Shown: in pieces, positions 1-8,173 of the stretch
How positions within the stretch are numbered: position 1 is the first letter of the stretch
Layout: each line of letters begins with the position of its first letter
Assembly: GCA_035635735.1 (NCBI GenBank)
Contig: DASQAM010000281.1
Location: 1 to 32,172, forward strand
DNA length: 32,172 nucleotides
Direction of reading: 5' to 3'
Source: Gemmatimonadales bacterium
GTDB lineage: Bacteria; Gemmatimonadota; Gemmatimonadetes; Gemmatimonadales; GWC2-71-9
Made by a program: the position numbers and the translations under genes
Notes under the pieces: model-generated
The model's database searches: none
Told to the model about the DNA's origin: nothing
The model's input: the letters and a program-made list of their open reading frames with translations, nothing else

Positions 1-220
1 CGGCGTGCTCGATCCATCGTTCGGCATCCGCGAGTTCATCGTGGGGACGGGCGGGATGGGCACCAGCGCGGTCACCGCCGTGCAGCCCAACAGCGAGGTG
101 CGGAACCCCACCGTCTACGGGGTCATCAAGTTCGTCCTGAGCGCGGACGGCTACACTTGGCAGTTCATTCCCGCCGCGCCCAGCACCTTCACCGACTCGG
201 GCTCGGGAGCCTGTCATTGA
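1..220 (+). CDS. 3' end of a metallophosphoesterase-like protein (partial; 5' end outside the window; reading frame starts at nt 2)
   Basis: The C-terminal peptide ...YGVIKFVLSADGYTWQFIPAAPSTFTDSGSGACH resembles the conserved C-terminus of calcineurin-like metallophosphoesterases (YGVLKLTL..Y.W.F.P....FTDSG.G.CH). The stop TGA at 218-220 overlaps the TTG at 217 of the next gene. Confidence 0.5.
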   Translation, partial: GVLDPSFGIREFIVGTGGMGTSAVTAVQPNSEVRNPTVYGVIKFVLSADGYTWQFIPAAPSTFTDSGSGACH

Positions 221-3200
221 GCGCGCAGCGAGCAGCGACGACCGAGGCTCCCCCGCGGGACGCTGGTCTCACCCAGCGTACGCTCGCCGGGCTGGTGTGG
301 ACGGCGGGTGGGAGGGCGGTGTACGCCGTCCTCCGCCTCGTGGTCCTGTTTCTCCTGGCTCGGCTCGTCTCCCCCGCCGATTTCGGCGTGGTCGGCGCGG
401 CGACGGTCGTGCTGGGGTTCTCCGCCATCTTCTCGGAGCTGGGGATGGGGCCGGCGATCGTGCAGCGGCCCACGCTCGAGCTGCGGCACGAGCAGGCGGC
501 GTTCACTGCCTCCGTCGGCTTCGGCCTGGTGCTGGGAGCGATGCTCTGGGTGCTCGCTCCCCAGGTCGCGGGGTTCTTCCGCATCCCTGCCGTCGAGCCG
601 GTCCTGCGCACGTTTGCCTGGACGTTCCCGTTGGCCGGGCTGTCGCTGGTGGCGTACGCCGTGACGCAGCGAGCGCTGCGGTTCCGCTGGCTGGCCATCG
701 TCGACGTGGTGAGCTTCGGCGTCGGCTACGGAGTCGTCGGCGTCACCTTGGCGCTGCTCGGGTTCGGCGTGTGGGCCCTGGTAGCGGCGGAGATGTCCAA
801 GGTGGGAGTGTACACCGCCATCCTGCTGGTCGCGCACCCGCCGCGCGTCTCGCTCCGGCCGGATCGCCAGGCGTTCGCGGAGCTCATGTATTACGGCGGC
901 GGCTTCACGGTCTCCAAGGTCGCCAATTACCTGGCCCTGCAGCTCGACAACGTCATCGTGGGCCGCTGGCTCGGCGCAGTCGCCCTGGGTTTCTACGGGC
1001 GCGCGTACGAGCTGATGGCCGCAGCCCCGGCCCTGTTGGGCGAGCCCGTAGATAAGGTGCTGTTCCCCGCCATGGCCACGCGGCAAGGCGACATGCGGTC
1101 CCTCGCAGCCGCCTTTCGCCGCGGCGTCGCGACGATGGCGCTCATCACGCTGCCGCTCAGCGCGCTGCTCGTGGTCCTCGCCCCCGAGGCCGTCCCCGCG
1201 CTGCTGGGGCCCAAGTGGACGCCCGTCATCGTCCCCTTCCAGATCCTCACGCTCGGGATCTTCTTGCGCACGAGCTATCGGATCAGCGACGTCGTGGCGC
1301 GCGCCACCGGCGCGGTGTATCGCCGGGCGTGGCGGCAGGCCATCTACCTGGCGTGCGTGGTCGCGGGCGCCTGGTTCGGACGGCATTGGGGCATCGCGGG
1401 CGTGGCCTTGGGCGTGCTCGGCGCGCTCGCGGTGAACTACTTGTTGATGGCCCACCTCGGGCTGCGCCTGGCCGGGCTCAGCTGGCGCCGCTTCGGGCAA
1501 GCGCATCTGCACGCCCTGCTGACGGCCGCGGTGGTCGCCGTCCTGGTGGGGGGGTTGGCAGGGCTACTGCGCGCCTGGGCCCTGCCCCCCGTGGCCGTGC
1601 TGGTTACGGCGGGAGTGGTGGGGCTGGGCGGCACGCTCCTGCTGGTGTGGGCGGCCCCGCAGGCGTTCCTCGGGGCCGATGGACTCTGGGTGCTGCGCCA
1701 GGTCCGCGAGTTCGTCTCGAGCCGTGGCGCGTCCCGCTCCACGGTGCCGCCCGCGGCTGCACCACTTACCGCGGACCGGCCGTTGCTGTCGCTGGTGCGG
1801 CGCCTCGGCGAGGCGCTGGCGCGTGAGGGCATCTCCTACTGTTACTGTCAGTGGAAGGGCCACACCAAGCCCCACCGTTGGGGGACCGGTGCAGGGGACA
1901 TCGACCTGCTCGTGGACCCCCCCGATAAGACGCGGTTCGTGGGGGTGCTCACGCACCTGGGCTTCATCGCCGCCTTGGCGCCGCGGCCCCAACGGCTGCC
2001 GGGCGTCGAGAGCTATTTCGGGCTGGACCGCGGCACAGGCACGCTCGTCCATGTGCACCTGCACGAACGGCCGTTCATCGGGCGTCCCTGGTCGGCCGCG
2101 TGGGCCCTGCCGATGGAAGGCCTCTTCCTCGCTTCGGCCGCACGGGGCTCCGTGTTCCGCATCCCGGCTCCCGAAATCGAGCTGATCGCCCTCGTGGTCC
2201 GGACGGTCGAGCGGTACCGCCTGGCGACCGCCCTGCGGCGCCGCCCACCCGACTGGTCCGACGCGGTTCAGCAGGAGCTGGCGGACCTCGAGGCACGGAG
2301 CGATCCGACCAGACTGGCCCGAGCTCTCGAGCAGGTGCCGTTCCTGGACGCACCCTTCTTCGAGGCGTGCCGGCGTTCGCTGCGACCGGACTGCTCGACG
2401 CGGACGCGCGTGTTGCTGCGGTGGCGGCTGCTCCGCCGCCTCCGGACGAACGTGGTACGGCCCCCGATCGCGTTCGCCTTCCTGAGCTTGCTGCGTCGCG
2501 CCCGCACACTGGCGGGAGGACCCGGCGCTACCGCAAAGCGACTCGCCCGGCGCGGGGTGGTGATCGCACTCGGCGGGGCGGACGGCGCGGGCAAGTCGAG
2601 CTGCACGCGGGAGCTTCACGCCTGGCTCGCTCCCACGTTCGAGTGCGCCGCATTTCACCTGGGTCGACCGCCACGCTCGTTCCTGACGTTCGTAGTGGGC
2701 GCCGCACTGTGGGGTCGGACGCTGCTGCGGCGACTGGTCGGCCTTGCGCCCCCGGCCTGGCCGTCGCGCAACGAAATTCCGACGGGCCGCACGCCCGACG
2801 CGCTCGAGCTGCTGCGTCATGTGTGTACCGCGCGCGACCGCTACCGACTCGCGCTCAAGGCGAAACGCCTGGCGGCAGAGGGCGCATTCGTACTGTGCGA
2901 GCGCTACCCGAACATCACCACGCTGGCCGGGCCAAGCATCGAACAGCAGCAGTATCGCATGCCACAGACCGGAGTGGCCAGGTGGCTGGTGTCGACGGAG
3001 GTCGCGTACTACCAGGAGATGCCGGCGCCGGACGTGGCGGTGCTGCTCCTGGTCGAGCCGAAGCTCGCGGTGCGGCGCAAGCACGGCCAGGAGCCTGCCG
3101 CCTACGTGAAATATCGCGCCCAGCTCGTGGCGCAAAGCGACTGGACCAACAGCGGCGTCCAGGTGGTGGACGCGAACCGCCCCTTGGCAGAAGTCGTCCG

Positions 3201-3969
3201 GGACCTCCAATGCGTGATATGGTCGACGGTGTCCGGCGCGAAGTCCCGGAACAGCCTGATCTGGTCGGGGCCATCGCTGCCAGACTCCCCGCCGCCCGCT
3301 CCCCCCGCTCCACACGCCCCGGTCGTCGAGCTGGTCGGGCCGGCAGGCGTAGGTAAGAGCGCGGTAGCGGACGCCCTGCGGGACCATGACGGGACGCTGC
3401 GGGTCAGCATCTGGGGGCTGCCGTTGTCGTCGCTGCTGTGGAGCGCCGCAGCCCTGCTGCCCACTTTCGTCGCCCTGAGCGTCGCCGCACGGGCTGTCCG
3501 CTGGCCGGAGCTGAAGCAAATGATCCGTCTGAGCGCCCTGGGCCGCGTCTTGCCGCGGGCGGCGGAGGGTCGGAGCCTCGTCGTGCTCGACGAAGGGCCG
3601 GTGTTCGCCCTGGCCTGGCTTCAGGTCTTCGGCGCCGAGCGGCTGCTTCGCAGCGCGGCCTACGAGCACTGGGTCCATCGGACGCTGGCCGCCTGGGCGC
3701 ACGTGATCGACGCGGTGGTGGTGGTGGACGCCCCGGATCCCGTCCTGTCGCAGCGGATCCGCACCCGCGTGAAGCCGCACATGGTCAAAGACCGAAGCGA
3801 CGAGGAGATCACCGCGTTCGTGGCGCGGTTCCGGGCCGCGTTCGCGTCGGTGATTTCGGCCGTCACGGGCCTGAACGGCACGAAGCACCTTACGGTTCGC
3901 GCCGACCTCGAGACGCCGCACCAGCTGGCGGCGCGGGTGCGCCAAGCCGCCCTGGGAGGCGCTTCGTGA
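217..3969 (+). CDS. Multidomain fusion: Wzx/MOP-family polysaccharide flippase + PF14907-like nucleotidyltransferase + thymidylate-kinase-like P-loop domain + second P-loop NTPase/kinase-like domain
   Basis: One uninterrupted frame. The track ORF is 157-3969; TTG at 217 is preferred as the start because it forms a TTGA overlap with the upstream stop, so the start is uncertain. The N-terminal ~470 aa are multi-TM with flippase-like motifs (LARLVSPADFGVVG, GMGPAIVQ). Pro/Ala-rich linkers then separate the cytoplasmic domains. Confidence 0.8.
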   Translation: MSAQRAATTEAPPRDAGLTQRTLAGLVWTAGGRAVYAVLRLVVLFLLARLVSPADFGVVGAATVVLGFSAIFSELGMGPAIVQRPTLELRHEQAAFTASVGFGLVLGAMLWVLAPQVAGFFRIPAVEPVLRTFAWTFPLAGLSLVAYAVTQRALRFRWLAIVDVVSFGVGYGVVGVTLALLGFGVWALVAAEMSKVGVYTAILLVAHPPRVSLRPDRQAFAELMYYGGGFTVSKVANYLALQLDNVIVGRWLGAVALGFYGRAYELMAAAPALLGEPVDKVLFPAMATRQGDMRSLAAAFRRGVATMALITLPLSALLVVLAPEAVPALLGPKWTPVIVPFQILTLGIFLRTSYRISDVVARATGAVYRRAWRQAIYLACVVAGAWFGRHWGIAGVALGVLGALAVNYLLMAHLGLRLAGLSWRRFGQAHLHALLTAAVVAVLVGGLAGLLRAWALPPVAVLVTAGVVGLGGTLLLVWAAPQAFLGADGLWVLRQVREFVSSRGASRSTVPPAAAPLTADRPLLSLVRRLGEALAREGISYCYCQWKGHTKPHRWGTGAGDIDLLVDPPDKTRFVGVLTHLGFIAALAPRPQRLPGVESYFGLDRGTGTLVHVHLHERPFIGRPWSAAWALPMEGLFLASAARGSVFRIPAPEIELIALVVRTVERYRLATALRRRPPDWSDAVQQELADLEARSDPTRLARALEQVPFLDAPFFEACRRSLRPDCSTRTRVLLRWRLLRRLRTNVVRPPIAFAFLSLLRRARTLAGGPGATAKRLARRGVVIALGGADGAGKSSCTRELHAWLAPTFECAAFHLGRPPRSFLTFVVGAALWGRTLLRRLVGLAPPAWPSRNEIPTGRTPDALELLRHVCTARDRYRLALKAKRLAAEGAFVLCERYPNITTLAGPSIEQQQYRMPQTGVARWLVSTEVAYYQEMPAPDVAVLLLVEPKLAVRRKHGQEPAAYVKYRAQLVAQSDWTNSGVQVVDANRPLAEVVRDLQCVIWSTVSGAKSRNSLIWSGPSLPDSPPPAPPAPHAPVVELVGPAGVGKSAVADALRDHDGTLRVSIWGLPLSSLLWSAAALLPTFVALSVAARAVRWPELKQMIRLSALGRVLPRAAEGRSLVVLDEGPVFALAWLQVFGAERLLRSAAYEHWVHRTLAAWAHVIDAVVVVDAPDPVLSQRIRTRVKPHMVKDRSDEEITAFVARFRAAFASVISAVTGLNGTKHLTVRADLETPHQLAARVRQAALGGAS
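268..1671 (+). other. Domain: Wzx-like (Polysacc_synt / MOP) flippase, about 12-14 TM segments
   Basis: Hydrophobic segment pattern and the conserved N-terminal motif of polysaccharide biosynthesis flippases. Boundaries are approximate. Confidence 0.75.
1774..2256 (+). other. Domain: uncharacterised nucleotidyltransferase (PF14907 / NTP_transf_5-like)
   Basis: Motif GISYCYCQWKGHTKPHRWGTGAGDIDLLVDPPD matches the family pattern (h-h-h-K-G....G.DIDLLV). It parallels ...IEFLFAKAFQHYPDLGGDLDLLVLAR in the standalone gene 5913-6968. Boundaries are approximate. Confidence 0.55.
2548..3231 (+). other. Domain: thymidylate-kinase-like P-loop kinase
   Basis: Walker A IALGGADGAGKSS (nt 2572-2598). An ERY motif (FVLCERYPN) sits where Tmk has DRY. 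The layout parallels the standalone kinase 5255-5941. Boundaries are approximate. Confidence 0.6.
3316..3966 (+). other. Domain: second P-loop NTPase/kinase-like domain
   Basis: Walker A LVGPAGVGKSAV (nt 3337-3360) and Walker-B-like LVVLDEGP. It is preceded by the proline-rich linker PDSPPPAPPAPHAP. Confidence 0.5.
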
Positions 3970-5261
3970 AGACGACCGCCACGGCGTCGCTGCACCCGGC
4001 GATCCGCTGGGCGTTTTACGTGTTCATCCTCTCGCTCCCGTTCGAGTATCCCAGGCGAAGCATTCCCTGGGAGACCACCACCATCACGTGCGCGGTGTTC
4101 CTGTTCGCCGCCCTGTTCCAGGCGCGGCTCTGCTTCCGACGGTTCCCGGCGGCGGTCGCATGGTTCGGAGTATTCCTGTACGCCTGTCTCTTGTCGTTCG
4201 CCGTCAACGGCGGCGAGTATGCCGACGAAGTGCAGCGGATGCTCATCCTGCAGGTGCAACTGGCCCTGCTGCTCTGGGCCGGCTACAACGTGCTGCTCGA
4301 CGAGGAAGTGTTCCGCCTGGCCCCGCTCATGCTCGCGGTGGCGTGCGTGGCACGCGCGGCGCTGCAGGTGTCCGACATCGGGACCTCGCACGACGAAGAG
4401 TGGTACGGTGGCGAGCGCGTTTCCGCACTGGGGCAAAACGCCAATCACAGCGCCATGATCATGACCGCCGGGCTCCTGGCCCTGATCGGGCTCGCCTATG
4501 CCCGCTCCAGCGGCCGGCGCGGCTGGCGGGCGCTGATCTGGCCGTTCGCCGCGCTGATCGCCCTCGCGATCCTCCAGAACGGCTCTCGCGGCGGCGTGAT
4601 CGCCCTCGGGACGGGACTGCTCACGTTTGCGCTGGGCGGGTCGGGGGTGCGGGCGCGCATCCGCAACACCCTCGCCGTCGCGCTGGCGCTCGGCCTCGTG
4701 ACGTGGGCTTCCTACAATAACGAAGGGCTGCGCAACCGCTTCAAGCAGTCCATGGTCGCCGGCGCGATGGCGGGGCGGGAGCGGGTGTACCCGGAGCTGG
4801 TGCGAATGTTCGTCGAGCGGCCGATCGTCGGGTACAGCCCCATGGCCAACAAGTACGTGCTGGGAGGACGGCTGCCGGAGCAGCACTATACCCGGCGCGA
4901 CGCGCATAACCTGATGCTGGAAGTCATGACCTCCACCGGGATCGCCGGGCTGATTCCGTTCACCGTGGTGCTGGGGCTCGTCTGGCGCGCCGCTTGGCGG
5001 GCTCGGCGCGGCCCCGACGGCATCCTGCCGCTCGCGATGCTGGTGGGCGTGCTGACGGCCAACCTGAGCGGCAACTGGATCGCCGCGCCGTTGCTGTGGT
5101 TCACCTTCGCCTACGCGCTCGCGAGCGAACGGGCATCCGGCCGGGTGGCTCCGGTCGGGCACTCGGGTGTGCAGCGGCGCAGCCGCTCCTTCCGCTCTGC
5201 GGGACAGCGGCGCACGCCGCAACCGGCCCGGCTCGATGAAGCGGTGGTCGAGCGGTGCTGA
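3966..5261 (+). CDS. O-antigen ligase / Wzy-like polymerase family membrane protein
   Basis: GTG at 3966 forms a GTGA overlap with the upstream stop; the track ORF 3438-5261 has a spurious Arg/Gly-rich N-terminal extension. The protein is multi-TM with Wzy_C-type motifs (LQNGSRGGVIALGTGLL; RRDAHNLMLEVMTSTGIAGLIPF). Confidence 0.8.
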   Translation: MKTTATASLHPAIRWAFYVFILSLPFEYPRRSIPWETTTITCAVFLFAALFQARLCFRRFPAAVAWFGVFLYACLLSFAVNGGEYADEVQRMLILQVQLALLLWAGYNVLLDEEVFRLAPLMLAVACVARAALQVSDIGTSHDEEWYGGERVSALGQNANHSAMIMTAGLLALIGLAYARSSGRRGWRALIWPFAALIALAILQNGSRGGVIALGTGLLTFALGGSGVRARIRNTLAVALALGLVTWASYNNEGLRNRFKQSMVAGAMAGRERVYPELVRMFVERPIVGYSPMANKYVLGGRLPEQHYTRRDAHNLMLEVMTSTGIAGLIPFTVVLGLVWRAAWRARRGPDGILPLAMLVGVLTANLSGNWIAAPLLWFTFAYALASERASGRVAPVGHSGVQRRSRSFRSAGQRRTPQPARLDEAVVERC

Positions 5262-5941
5262 TCACCTTCTCGGGTCTCGACGGAGCCGGCAAGTCCACGC
5301 TGATCGAGTGGCTCAGGGACACGCTCGAGCGACAGAATCACCCCGTCGCCGTGTTCCACATGAACGATCATGTGGGTGCCTACGCGTACCTGCGGGCGCT
5401 GCGGGATCGCTGGTTCGGCGGGCCGCCGGCGGCGCCGGACGCCGATGGCGACGCGGGTGCTCCAGCGGCGCGGTCCAGTCTACGGGAGCGCATCTGGCGC
5501 CTCCGCATCGCCATCGTCTGGAACAAGCCACTGCGGCGCTTGCTCTATCTCTTCGACCTGGTGGTGTTCTGGTGCTACCGCCTCCGGATCGAAACGGCGC
5601 AACGGCGGATCCTGATCATGGACCGCTACTTCTACGACACCCTCGTGGACGTCTCGGACGGTCGGCACTGGTTCTGGATTCGGCTGCTGGAGCGGATCAC
5701 GCCGACCCCGGAAGTGCCGGTGCTCCTCGACATCAGCCCCGAGGAATCGTTCAACCGGAAGGGAGAATACTCGGTCGAATACCTGCGGGCGCGCTGGGTC
5801 GCCTACCGGACGGTCTTCCCGTGGGTTCGCGCAGCGGTCACGCTTCCCAATCGCGACCTGAGCGCAGCGAAGGCCGCGCTGCGGACGATCGTGATGGAGC
5901 GGTTGGGGGACAATGGGGAGGCCGCCGAACGTGCGCGATGA
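5255..5941 (+). CDS. Thymidylate-kinase-like P-loop kinase
   Basis: The GTG start overlaps the upstream stop (GTGCTGA). N-terminus is LITFSGLDGAGKSTLIEWL (Walker A) and a DRY motif is present (ILIMDRYFYDTL). Confidence 0.75.
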   Translation: MLITFSGLDGAGKSTLIEWLRDTLERQNHPVAVFHMNDHVGAYAYLRALRDRWFGGPPAAPDADGDAGAPAARSSLRERIWRLRIAIVWNKPLRRLLYLFDLVVFWCYRLRIETAQRRILIMDRYFYDTLVDVSDGRHWFWIRLLERITPTPEVPVLLDISPEESFNRKGEYSVEYLRARWVAYRTVFPWVRAAVTLPNRDLSAAKAALRTIVMERLGDNGEAAERAR

Positions 5942-6968
5942 ACGTGCGCAGGCACGCCTCCTGCTGCGGCTGCTGCTGAACGGCGATCGCCCGCCCATCG
6001 CGCGCGTGGACTGGCCTGCCCTGCTCCACCTGGCCCGCACCAACGGCGTCGTGATCCGCAGCGCCGACCTGTTGATGGCGCAGAACGTGACGCTGCCGCC
6101 GGCCTTCGCGAACAGCGTGGTGCGGGAGCGGCAGCGCGTGCAGGACGCGATCGGCCTGGTGCGCCAGGTCAGCCGGATCTGCACCGCGCACGGGATCGAG
6201 TTTCTGTTCGCCAAGGCGTTTCAGCACTACCCCGACCTGGGCGGCGACCTCGATCTGCTCGTGCTGGCTCGCGCCGCGGAAGTGGACGCCCTGCTCGCTC
6301 GCGAGCTGTCAGCCACCGTCGCGCCCCGGGATCTCGCCGGCTGGGTCGCCGGGAGCGTCACCTTCCGCGTTCGCGACGGGCTGCCGCCCCTGGACGTGCA
6401 ACATGGACGGATCGGGGCCGTCGGTGAACACCGGGCGTACGCCGTCGCGCTCGTGCGGAATCACCGGCAGATCGTGATCGACGGAACCGAGTGCGCGGTG
6501 CCCTGGCCGGAAGACCAGATCGTGCTCCAAGGCGTGCAGCGGATCTACGGGCGTCGGTCCCTGCGGTTGTCCGACGTCGCGTACACGATCGCGTCCCTGC
6601 GCGATCCGCTCGACTGGCCGTACGTCCTCAGCACGGCCCGCCGCATCGGCGTGCTGCCCGGCTTGGGCTGCTACCTGAGCTACGTCGAGCAGATCCACGG
6701 CGAGCTGTTCGGTGGCCCGCTCGTCCCGCAGCAGGTGCGCGACCGCCTGCCGCTCGCGGGGTGGGGCCGGGTGGAGTTCATGCGCGGGGCGTATCGGTTC
6801 CCGGCGCTGCGCGTGAACGCGCGGCTGTACCTCAAGCAGTTGGTCGCCGGGCTGTGGACCGCAAACTGGGATCGCGCGGCGCGATTGTGCCTGCTGCCGC
6901 TCGTGGGCGCGGCGCTGGCGGCCGGGCGCGTCGGCGCCGTGTCGTCGCGCTCGCTGGAGTCCGCGTGA
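5913..6968 (+). CDS. Uncharacterised nucleotidyltransferase (PF14907 / NTP_transf_5-like)
   Basis: Start is ATG 5913 or the in-frame GTG 5931; both overlap the upstream gene end (5941). Motif IEFLFAKAFQHYPDLGGDLDLLVLARAAEVDALL. It ends in a GTGA overlap with the next gene. Confidence 0.65.
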   Translation: MGRPPNVRDERAQARLLLRLLLNGDRPPIARVDWPALLHLARTNGVVIRSADLLMAQNVTLPPAFANSVVRERQRVQDAIGLVRQVSRICTAHGIEFLFAKAFQHYPDLGGDLDLLVLARAAEVDALLARELSATVAPRDLAGWVAGSVTFRVRDGLPPLDVQHGRIGAVGEHRAYAVALVRNHRQIVIDGTECAVPWPEDQIVLQGVQRIYGRRSLRLSDVAYTIASLRDPLDWPYVLSTARRIGVLPGLGCYLSYVEQIHGELFGGPLVPQQVRDRLPLAGWGRVEFMRGAYRFPALRVNARLYLKQLVAGLWTANWDRAARLCLLPLVGAALAAGRVGAVSSRSLESA

Positions 6969-8173
6969 GCACCGCGCGCACGGCCGATTTCCTGATCGTC
7001 GGTGGCGGCGTCATCGGCCTCACGATCGGCCTGGAGTTGAAGCGCCGCCGTCCGGACGCAGCCGTCACGCTGATCGAGAAGGAGGACGCCTGCGGTATGC
7101 ACGCGAGCGGGCGCAACAGCGGCGTGCTGCATGCCGGCTTTTACTATACGGCGGACTCGCTGAAGGCCCGCTTCACCAAGGCGGGGAACCGCGCGTGGAG
7201 CGCCTATTGCGAAGCGCGCGGGCTCCGCATCAATCGCTGCGGCAAGCTGGTCGTGGCTCGCAGCGCCCAGGAGTTGGCCGGATTGGACGAGCTGTCGCGC
7301 CGGGCCCGGGCCAACGGCGTCGAGCTCGCGGCGCTCACCGCCGACGAGGCGCGTCGCATCGAACCGCGCGTGCGCACCCACGAGCGCGCGCTGTTTTCCC
7401 CGACCACGGCCTCGGTAGACCCCGCTGAGCTGATCGCGGCGCTGACGACCGACGCGCTCGCGCTCGGCCTCACGATCCGCACCGCGACCGCGTACCGCGG
7501 GACGACGCGAGGGGCCGTACGGACTTCCGCTGGACGGTTTGCCGCCGGCTACGTGATCAACGCCGCGGGGCTGTATGCCGATCGCATTGCCCGCGACTAC
7601 GGCTTCGGCGAGCGGTACCGCATCCTGCCGTTCCGCGGCCTGTACCTCCAGGGCAACGGCGGCAGTCGGCCGCCGCGGACGCACGTCTATCCGGTGCCGG
7701 ATCTTGGGCAGCCGTTCCTGGGTGTGCATTTCACCGTCACGGTCACCGGCCACGCGACGATCGGGCCCACGGCCATTCCCGCGTTCTGGCGCGAGCACTA
7801 CGGCGGGATGGCGAACTTCGACCCGCGCGAGTGCGCGGAAATCCTCGCCTGTGAGGCGGGCCTGCTGCTCTCCAACGAGGGTGATTTTCGGTCACTGGCG
7901 TGGAGCGAGGTGCGCAAGTACAGCCGGCGCCGGCTGGTCCGCCTCGCCGCCGAGCTGGTGGAAGGGACGGAGCCCGCGGCGTATCGCCGCTGGGGCCCCG
8001 CGGGGATCCGCGCGCAGCTGTTCGATCGCCAGACCCGCAGGCTCGAGATGGATTTCCGCTACGAGGGCGACGACCGCTCCTTCCACGTGCTCAACGCCGT
8101 GTCGCCGGGCTTCACCTGTGCCCTGCCCTTCGCGGCCCACGTGACCGACTGCATCGAGCGGCTCCGCGCATGA
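6965..8173 (+). CDS. lhgO: L-2-hydroxyglutarate oxidase-like FAD-dependent oxidoreductase (DAO family)
   Basis: GTG 6965 forms a GTGA overlap; the track ORF 6491-8173 is N-terminally over-extended. Motifs: FLIVGGGVIGLTIG (FAD Rossmann), HASGRNSGVLHAGFYYTADSLKA, ILPFRGLY, YPVPDLGQPFLGVHFT, PAGIRAQL, NAVSPGFT. From memory these run colinear with E. coli LhgO/YgaF along the whole length. Confidence 0.75.
   Translation: MSTARTADFLIVGGGVIGLTIGLELKRRRPDAAVTLIEKEDACGMHASGRNSGVLHAGFYYTADSLKARFTKAGNRAWSAYCEARGLRINRCGKLVVARSAQELAGLDELSRRARANGVELAALTADEARRIEPRVRTHERALFSPTTASVDPAELIAALTTDALALGLTIRTATAYRGTTRGAVRTSAGRFAAGYVINAAGLYADRIARDYGFGERYRILPFRGLYLQGNGGSRPPRTHVYPVPDLGQPFLGVHFTVTVTGHATIGPTAIPAFWREHYGGMANFDPRECAEILACEAGLLLSNEGDFRSLAWSEVRKYSRRRLVRLAAELVEGTEPAAYRRWGPAGIRAQLFDRQTRRLEMDFRYEGDDRSFHVLNAVSPGFTCALPFAAHVTDCIERLRA

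Noticed and set aside
1564-3945. A 793-aa ORF on the - strand, antisense to the flippase-kinase fusion. Similar long antisense or off-frame ORFs occur at 214-1512(-), 3660-5222(-), 5480-6214(-), 6680-7798(-), 8059-8994(-), 9352-11724(-), 11399-12568(-), 12535-13746(-), 13770-14768(-), 14848-15675(-), 16796-17620(-), 17879-18982(-), 18987-20417(-), 20383-21177(-), 21077-21829(-), 21508-23733(+), 25571-27136(+) and 29041-29844(+).
   Set aside because: Their translations are dominated by R/G/P/A/H/D/E runs with no recognisable motifs. This is the usual signature of stop-poor alternative frames in high-GC DNA. Each also lies opposite or out of frame to a gene with clear family motifs and strong GC3 bias.
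3438-3965. N-terminal extensions of track ORFs: 3438-3965, 6491-6964, 7900-8169, 11522-11569, 11713-12771, 13596-13823, 15321-15674, 18633-18935, 21128-21166 and 30860-30913(-)
   Set aside because: The extensions overlap the preceding gene in another frame, are Arg/Gly/Pro-rich with no homology-like motifs, and end exactly where an ATGA/GTGA-type coupled start or an RBS-preceded start begins the recognisable protein.
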